DNA of 64,000 nt from Pirellulales bacterium (GTDB lineage Bacteria; Planctomycetota; Planctomycetia; Pirellulales; PALSA-1355). The notes beneath the pieces were generated by a model. That model made no database searches, was not told the DNA's origin, and was given only the letters and a program-made list of their open reading frames with translations. The position numbers were made by a program, and so were the translations under genes. The DNA lies in assembly GCA_022844125.1 (NCBI GenBank), contig JALHMI010000002.1, forward strand, positions 109,461 to 173,460, read 5' to 3'. Of this stretch, positions 58,306 to 64,000 are shown piece by piece (position 1 is the stretch's first letter; each line of letters opens with the position of its first letter).

Positions 58306-58432
58306 CGGATTTGCCAGTCATTTCATGGCAGCCTTTCGGCCGGACAGGAGTATAATTCCCGATAGAGCGACCGGCTGCTTCATGTCGGGGTATGCCGGGC
58401 TTCGACTCCGCATCGGCAGCAGGAGCGAAACC

Positions 58433-58900
58433 ATGAGCCTTACCCAGTTTCTCGAGCGTCGGCACGTACCGTACGAAGTGGTTCCACACGACGAATGCTT
58501 TGGAGCTCAGCATCTAGCAGAGACTTTGCACACCCCCGGCCGTGAAGTGGCCAAGAGCGTGCTGCTTCGCGCAGAGCACGACTACGGTTTTTATGTCGCC
58601 GTGTTGCCCGCCACGCACCGAATCGATTTCGAAAAGCTACAGACTTTCCTGGGCGGCGTGGCTCTGGAGTTGGCGACGGAGCGCGAAATCGAAGAGCGCT
58701 GTCCCGATTGCGAGAAAGGGGTGCTGCCACCATTCGGCACGCACTATGGCGCTCAAACCATCTTGGACAAGTCGCTCACTGGCGAGGAGTTCATTACCTT
58801 TGAAGGACACTCGCACTCGGAAGCAATTCGAATGAAGTTCTCGGATTACTATGCGTTCGAGCATCCGCTCCTTGGCGAGTTTGCCGTGGCGATGGAGTAA
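58433..58900 (+). CDS. YbaK/EbsC-family aminoacyl-tRNA editing-like protein
   Basis: AGGAG RBS; VAKSVLL, LATE.E, PDCEKGVLPPFG. Confidence 0.88.
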   Translation: MSLTQFLERRHVPYEVVPHDECFGAQHLAETLHTPGREVAKSVLLRAEHDYGFYVAVLPATHRIDFEKLQTFLGGVALELATEREIEERCPDCEKGVLPPFGTHYGAQTILDKSLTGEEFITFEGHSHSEAIRMKFSDYYAFEHPLLGEFAVAME

Positions 58901-59177
58901 GATTGCAGCGGGCCGGGCTCATTGGTTAAGACCTATCGCTACCGTGACCCCCGTGCTCGCATCTGGATACTGGGCCGGTTCGGTGTGGCGATTGCCGTTC
59001 CCAGCTTGGTTTTATTGCCGTGAAGAATCCGGGCAATTAGCGGTTCGTTTGCGAGTGCGAACAGAATCCCAACGTCACTTCTCGTTTTCAGGATGCGCAT
59101 CGCGAGCGATGCTGTGTCGGGCCCTGGCGATCGGCACTTTCCTGGGCGCACGCAAGTTGTTAGATTGAAACCCTTTC

Positions 59178-59250
<73 letters not shown>

Positions 59251-59577
59251 TTTCGGGCACGTTCGAAGTGGCGCGAGCGCTTCGGGGTTTCATCGTGGGC
59301 TTCCAACCCACCGGCACGACGACCTCAACAAACGTGCTCTGTTGCACCGCGAGGCGAGTGCCTCGCGGACCCGGAACAAAGTATCGCCGGCCGCCAAAAT
59401 ACCCTGGGCACGGGCTCAAGCTGAGCCGTGATGCTTGCTTTACGGATTCCGCCGTTCACGTGTTAATCTGTGACGGTCGGGCGGGAAGCTCCGCAGGTTC
59501 GGACAAGTTGAGCCACAGGCTGTCAGTCTGGCCGATAAGCCGGCAGGAGCAAAAGTTGAGCGTGCGAAGGGATGTGC

Positions 59578-60651
59578 ATGAGGCGATTCGTTATTGTCGT
59601 CGGGATGCTGGCACTCATTGCTGGCGCGATTGCCCTCCTTTGGTGGTGGGAGCGCGAAACGAACGGGCGAGATCTGGTGCTCTACGGCAATGTCGACCTG
59701 CGACAGGTGGATCTGGCCTTCAATAACAGCCAGCGCATAACCGAGATAACTGTCCAAGAAGGAGACCATGTCAAACAGGGACAATGCATCGCCCGACTCG
59801 ACACGGACCGGCTAGCGCCGCAGGTCGCGCGGGCCGAAGCCGAGTTGGCGGCACAGACGCAGGTCGTCGAGCGACTCCGCAGCGGCAGCCGTCCAGAAGA
59901 GATCGAGCAGGCGAGAGCGAACTTACGCTCGGCGAAGGCGGATGCCGCGAATGCTGAGCGGCAGTACCAGCGATTCCAACGGCTCTACAAGGAGTCGTCC
60001 GGAGGCGCTGTCAGCAGTCAGGACGTCGAGAACGCCGGAGCTACACTCGAGATCGCTGTCGCTCGAGTGCAAGTGAGCGAAGCCACTCTGGAACTTGCGA
60101 TTGCCGGCCCGCGCAAGGAAGAGATCGCCGAAGCGGAAGCCCGACTGCGAGCGAGCGATGCGGAACTCGCCCTCTTACGACAGGAGCTCAGAGACTCCCA
60201 GTTGATTTCGCCCGTGAACGGCGTCGTTCGCACGCGGATCATGGAACCCGGCGAAATGGCCTCGCCACAGCGGGCCGTTGTGCAGCTCGCGATCGTCGAT
60301 CCCAAGTGGGTTCGGGCATATGTCTCGGAGCCGGACCTGGGCAAGGTGCGACCCGGCGCGAAAGCCACAGTCACTGTCGACAGCTTTCCCGAGCGAAACT
60401 TCAGCGGCTGGATCGGGTTCATTTCGCCAGTAGCTGAGTTCACGCCTAAGCCGGTCCAGACGGAAGAGCTACGAACGAGCCTGGTTTACGAAGTGCGCGT
60501 GTTCGTCGAAGATCCGCAGGACGAACTGCGGCTGGGGATGCCCGCTACAGTCCATGTGCCGCTGTACGTGCCCATTGCCGAGGCTTCTGCCGGTAAGCCG
60601 CGAGCGCCAGTCGAACACGAGACTCCCGCAGCGCCCGCGCCTGACGCCTGA
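59578..60651 (+). CDS. HlyD-family membrane fusion protein (YbhG-like)
   Basis: N-terminal TM; LYGNVDLRQV; coiled-coil hairpin; AEFTPK.VQTEELRTSLVY; GMPATV. Confidence 0.92.
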   Translation: MRRFVIVVGMLALIAGAIALLWWWERETNGRDLVLYGNVDLRQVDLAFNNSQRITEITVQEGDHVKQGQCIARLDTDRLAPQVARAEAELAAQTQVVERLRSGSRPEEIEQARANLRSAKADAANAERQYQRFQRLYKESSGGAVSSQDVENAGATLEIAVARVQVSEATLELAIAGPRKEEIAEAEARLRASDAELALLRQELRDSQLISPVNGVVRTRIMEPGEMASPQRAVVQLAIVDPKWVRAYVSEPDLGKVRPGAKATVTVDSFPERNFSGWIGFISPVAEFTPKPVQTEELRTSLVYEVRVFVEDPQDELRLGMPATVHVPLYVPIAEASAGKPRAPVEHETPAAPAPDA

Positions 60652-60671
60652 ATCTGGGAGCGGTTTCGCCA

Positions 60672-63617
60672 ATGCAGGCACTTCGCAACGAACCTGTACT
60701 CGTAGTCAGCGAGCTCTTGAAGACGTTTCGGCGCGAGACGGGTGAGGTCGTTCGCGCACTGGACGGCATCTCCACTCAAGTACGCCGTGGCACTGTTACG
60801 GCGTTGGTCGGTCCCGACGGCGCTGGAAAAACCACTCTGTTGCGACTCGTAACCGGCTTGCTTACGGCCGATAGCGGCATGCTCTCGGTACTTGGAGTCG
60901 ATGTCGCCCGAGATCCCCAGGCAGTGCAGGACCGCGTAGGCTATATGCCCCAAAGGTTCGGCCTGTACGAAGATCTGAGCGTCATCGAAAACCTGAACCT
61001 GTACGCAGAGTTGAACGGCGTCTCGATCGCCGAGCGTCGTGAGCGCTACCCGAGACTGATGGAGATGACGGCGCTTGGACCTTTTGCCAACCGCTTGGCC
61101 GGCAAACTGTCGGGCGGGATGAAGCAAAAACTGGGGCTCGCCTGCACGCTCGTTCGAGCCCCGGAACTACTCGTCCTCGACGAGCCGACCGTGGGGGTCG
61201 ATCCCTTGTCGCGGCGCGAACTGTGGGAAATCATCCAGCAGCTTGCGCGCGAGCAGCAGTTAACCGTGCTGCTCAGCACGGCATATTTGGACGAAGCTCA
61301 ACGCTGTAATGAGGCGATTATTCTGCACGACGGGCGCGTACTAGCCCAAGGCCCGCCGGCTACCGTGAGCGAGTTGGCGGCCGGACGAACGTTTCTGGTG
61401 ACTCCGCATCAAGGGCAAGCGGCCCGCAGTGTGCAGGCCAGACTCCTTTGTCAGCCGAATGTCGTCGATGCCGTTCCAGAAGGCGGGCTGGTCCGCGTCG
61501 TCGTGTCGGTGCCGGCCGATACGGAGGTTCTGCGTGAGCAGCTATCCGCTGGGCTGCCGGTTACTTCCGTAGCAGCAAGGTTTGAAGACGGCTTCATGAT
61601 GCTGCTGCATCATGCCGCGGAGCCGCCGAATTCCGCGGCCGGGGTTTCCATTGAACATCCTACACCGTCTGCAGACGGTGAAGCAGCGGTCGAAGTGCAC
61701 GAATTGGTTCGCAAATTTGGCGATTTCACGGCCGTCGATCACGTTACATTTAACGTGAAACGCGGAGAGGTATTCGGACTGCTCGGCCCGAACGGAGCCG
61801 GAAAGACCACAACATTTCGGATGCTTTGTGGGTTACTGCCGGCGAGCAGCGGGACGCTTCGCGTCGCAGGCGTCGATTTGCGTGCCGCCCGCGCCTCGGC
61901 ACGACAGAACATCGGATACGTGGCGCAAAAGTTCTCTCTGTACAGTCAGCTGTCTGTCGCGGAGAACCTGGACTTTTTTTGCGGTGCTTACGGTCTGCGG
62001 GGTAAACTGCTCGCGCAGCGCGTGCAATGGGCGCTCAAGCAGTTCGAACTCGGACCGCTCGCCCAGCTTCCGGCAGGCCAATTGCCTGGTGGCTACAAAC
62101 AGCGGCTGGCAATGGCAGTCGCGCTTGTACACGAGCCGTCGATCCTATTCCTGGATGAACCCACCAGTGGCGTTGATCCTCTTGCGCGGCGCGAGTTTTG
62201 GCAGCGGATTACGGCGCTGGCGGAACAGGGCGTGACGGTCATCGTCACAACCCACTTCATGGAAGAAGCCGAGTACTGCGATCGCGTGGCCGTGCTCGAT
62301 GGCGGCCGGGTTCTGGCCCAAGGGACTCCCGCGGAGCTCCGCTCGCATGCCGACTCGACTGCCATGGCGTCAACAATGGAAGACGCTTTCATTGCCATTG
62401 TTGAGAAATCTCGGACCGGAAACGGCAACGGCCACCGCGATCCCAAACGCGACGGATACGTCCTGGATACTTTGCTCGCTGGAGCGGCGCCGCAATGTCT
62501 GCCGCCCAAGGCTCGACGTATCTGGGCGCTGGTCCAGAAAGAATCCTGGCAGATGGTCCGCGATGCCAGCAGTCTGGCAATCGGAATCGTGTTGCCAGTG
62601 GTGCTTATCCTGTTGTTCGGTTACGGGCTCTCACTTGACGTAACAGATGTGCCCGTGGCGGTTGTGCTGGACGAGCCCTCACCGGATGCGCTCGACCTGG
62701 CAGCGGCCTATCAACTCTCGCCAACCTTTCGTACGCGCGTGCTCACGGGAATGCCTCGAGCGCGCCAGATGATGATCGCGAGAGAGATTGATGCCATCGT
62801 GCAGGTTCGCTCCAATTTCGGCCGCAAACTTGCACTCGGCGAAGCCGAAGTTCAAATCCTGATCCATGGAACCGACGCGAATCGCGGCCGTATTCTGCAG
62901 GCCTACACCGAAGCCGCGGTCGGGAACTGGCGGGCGCGTCGCGCGGCCGAGGGTCGCCTGATCGATGGCGATCCGGTGCGTGTGCAGGACCGATTGTGGT
63001 TTAACGATGCTAACGAAAGCCGCTACTTTCTTGTGCCGGGCCTGATCGTGCTCATCATGACGCTCATTGGCTCGTTCCTCACCACGCTTGTGATGGCTCG
63101 AGAGTGGGAGCGAGGAACGCTCGAGGCGCTTTTTGTGACGCGAGTCCGCGTCGGCGAAATACTGCTGGGCAAGACAGTTCCTAACTTTGCGCTGGGAATG
63201 ATCGGCTTGGCTCTATGCATCCTGACCGCCCGAATCCTGTTCAACGTCCCGCTACGTGGTTCGCTGTGGCTGCTGACGGCCAGCTCCATGCTCTACTTGA
63301 TTGTGGCACTGGCTGTTGGGCTTCTAATCTCTGGCGCCGTGAAGAGCCAGTTCGTGGCCAGCCAAGTCACGATCCTGATTACATTTTTACCCGCGCTGAT
63401 GCTGTCGGGATTCCTGTTCGACCTTCGCAGCACGCCGGCGTTCGTCCGCGGAATCACGTATGCTCTGCCCGCCCGTTACTTCGTGACCATCCTGCAAACG
63501 GTCTTTCTGGCGGGCAACGTCTGGCAGGTGATCTCGCCGGCGCTTGTCGTCCTGCTTGTGATGTCCGTCTTGCTGTGGACACTGGTGCGATTTACTACGA
63601 AGAAACGGTTGGTTTAG
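60672..63617 (+). CDS. ABC transporter with two ATPase domains fused to an ABC-2 permease (YbhF+YbhS / RbbA-like)
   Basis: GPDGAGKT, LSGGMKQ, LDEPT; GPNGAGKT, LPGGYKQ, LDEPT; permease LFGYG..D, AREWERGTLE. Confidence 0.93.
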   Translation: MQALRNEPVLVVSELLKTFRRETGEVVRALDGISTQVRRGTVTALVGPDGAGKTTLLRLVTGLLTADSGMLSVLGVDVARDPQAVQDRVGYMPQRFGLYEDLSVIENLNLYAELNGVSIAERRERYPRLMEMTALGPFANRLAGKLSGGMKQKLGLACTLVRAPELLVLDEPTVGVDPLSRRELWEIIQQLAREQQLTVLLSTAYLDEAQRCNEAIILHDGRVLAQGPPATVSELAAGRTFLVTPHQGQAARSVQARLLCQPNVVDAVPEGGLVRVVVSVPADTEVLREQLSAGLPVTSVAARFEDGFMMLLHHAAEPPNSAAGVSIEHPTPSADGEAAVEVHELVRKFGDFTAVDHVTFNVKRGEVFGLLGPNGAGKTTTFRMLCGLLPASSGTLRVAGVDLRAARASARQNIGYVAQKFSLYSQLSVAENLDFFCGAYGLRGKLLAQRVQWALKQFELGPLAQLPAGQLPGGYKQRLAMAVALVHEPSILFLDEPTSGVDPLARREFWQRITALAEQGVTVIVTTHFMEEAEYCDRVAVLDGGRVLAQGTPAELRSHADSTAMASTMEDAFIAIVEKSRTGNGNGHRDPKRDGYVLDTLLAGAAPQCLPPKARRIWALVQKESWQMVRDASSLAIGIVLPVVLILLFGYGLSLDVTDVPVAVVLDEPSPDALDLAAAYQLSPTFRTRVLTGMPRARQMMIAREIDAIVQVRSNFGRKLALGEAEVQILIHGTDANRGRILQAYTEAAVGNWRARRAAEGRLIDGDPVRVQDRLWFNDANESRYFLVPGLIVLIMTLIGSFLTTLVMAREWERGTLEALFVTRVRVGEILLGKTVPNFALGMIGLALCILTARILFNVPLRGSLWLLTASSMLYLIVALAVGLLISGAVKSQFVASQVTILITFLPALMLSGFLFDLRSTPAFVRGITYALPARYFVTILQTVFLAGNVWQVISPALVVLLVMSVLLWTLVRFTTKKRLV

Positions 63618-63628
63618 AGGACGCGACG

Positions 63629-64000
63629 ATGATCGACTCCATCTCACGCGTCCTGTCGCTGACTCTGAAGGAACTGCTGGCGGTGTTCAAGGACCCGCGC
63701 GGCCGATTCACCGTTTTCGTGCCGCCACTCTTGCAGACGTTGATCTTTGGTTACGCCGCGACCTTTAATCTGAATAACGTGCCTTATGCTGTTGTAGACA
63801 ACGATGGCGGGCCGGCCTCGCTGGAACTCCTTGCCCGGCTTGACGGGTCGGGCATTTTTCACCGCGTCGCAAAACTCGACAACGCTAATCAAATCGCCGA
63901 CTGCGTAAATCATCGCGAGGCGTTGGTCGTGTTGCAAATCGGAGCCGACTTTCAGCGGCGGCTGGAGCGTGGCCGTCCGGCTGACTTGCAAGTGATTGCC
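63629..64000 (+). CDS. ABC-2 permease (YbhR-like), runs out of window
   Basis: Not in the ORF track. MIDSISRVLSLTLKELLAVFKDPRGRFTVFVPPLLQTLIFGYAATF... Confidence 0.88.
   Translation, partial: MIDSISRVLSLTLKELLAVFKDPRGRFTVFVPPLLQTLIFGYAATFNLNNVPYAVVDNDGGPASLELLARLDGSGIFHRVAKLDNANQIADCVNHREALVVLQIGADFQRRLERGRPADLQVIA

Overview
GC-rich bacterial DNA, almost certainly from a planctomycete (Pirellulales-like). Markers for this are a PSCyt1/DUF1549/DUF1553 plus DUF1501 gene pair, two BBP7-type beta-barrels, a LEPR-XLL-type giant surface protein, DUF3467 and tRNAs without encoded CCA. In order the window holds: (1) a minus-strand operon encoding a degenerate DXS fused to a class I terpene-synthase-like domain, a 6TM-HAMP hybrid histidine kinase and a REC-kinase cut by the window edge, with a divergent tandem-PilZ gene; (2) a 10-gene caa3 oxidase + Rieske/cytochrome b operon with a CtaG-ferredoxin fusion; (3) an SDR and an apparently frameshifted methyltransferase; (4) a globin-cytochrome c-qNor-cupin operon with a candidate operator; (5) tRNA-Ser; (6) BBP7, a 2429-aa Calx-beta/Ig adhesin, DUF3467 and a second BBP7; (7) myo-inositol oxygenase with a PLC-like phosphodiesterase; (8) two tandem small lipoproteins with a duplicated promoter, one missing from the ORF track; (9) UdgB, ThuA, DUF1501, PSD1; (10) cardiolipin synthase, a YghO/bCerS-like GNAT and an ACP; (11) a 24-residue-repeat coiled-coil protein, an Ntn amidase, DUF885, YbaK, tRNA-Lys and a Ybh-like ABC exporter. 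The best candidate for an undescribed system is the dead-DXS/terpene-synthase fusion co-transcribed with a membrane-sensing kinase relay, which may be a terpenoid signal synthase-receptor pair. All family assignments come from recognising motifs by eye; no database searches were run.
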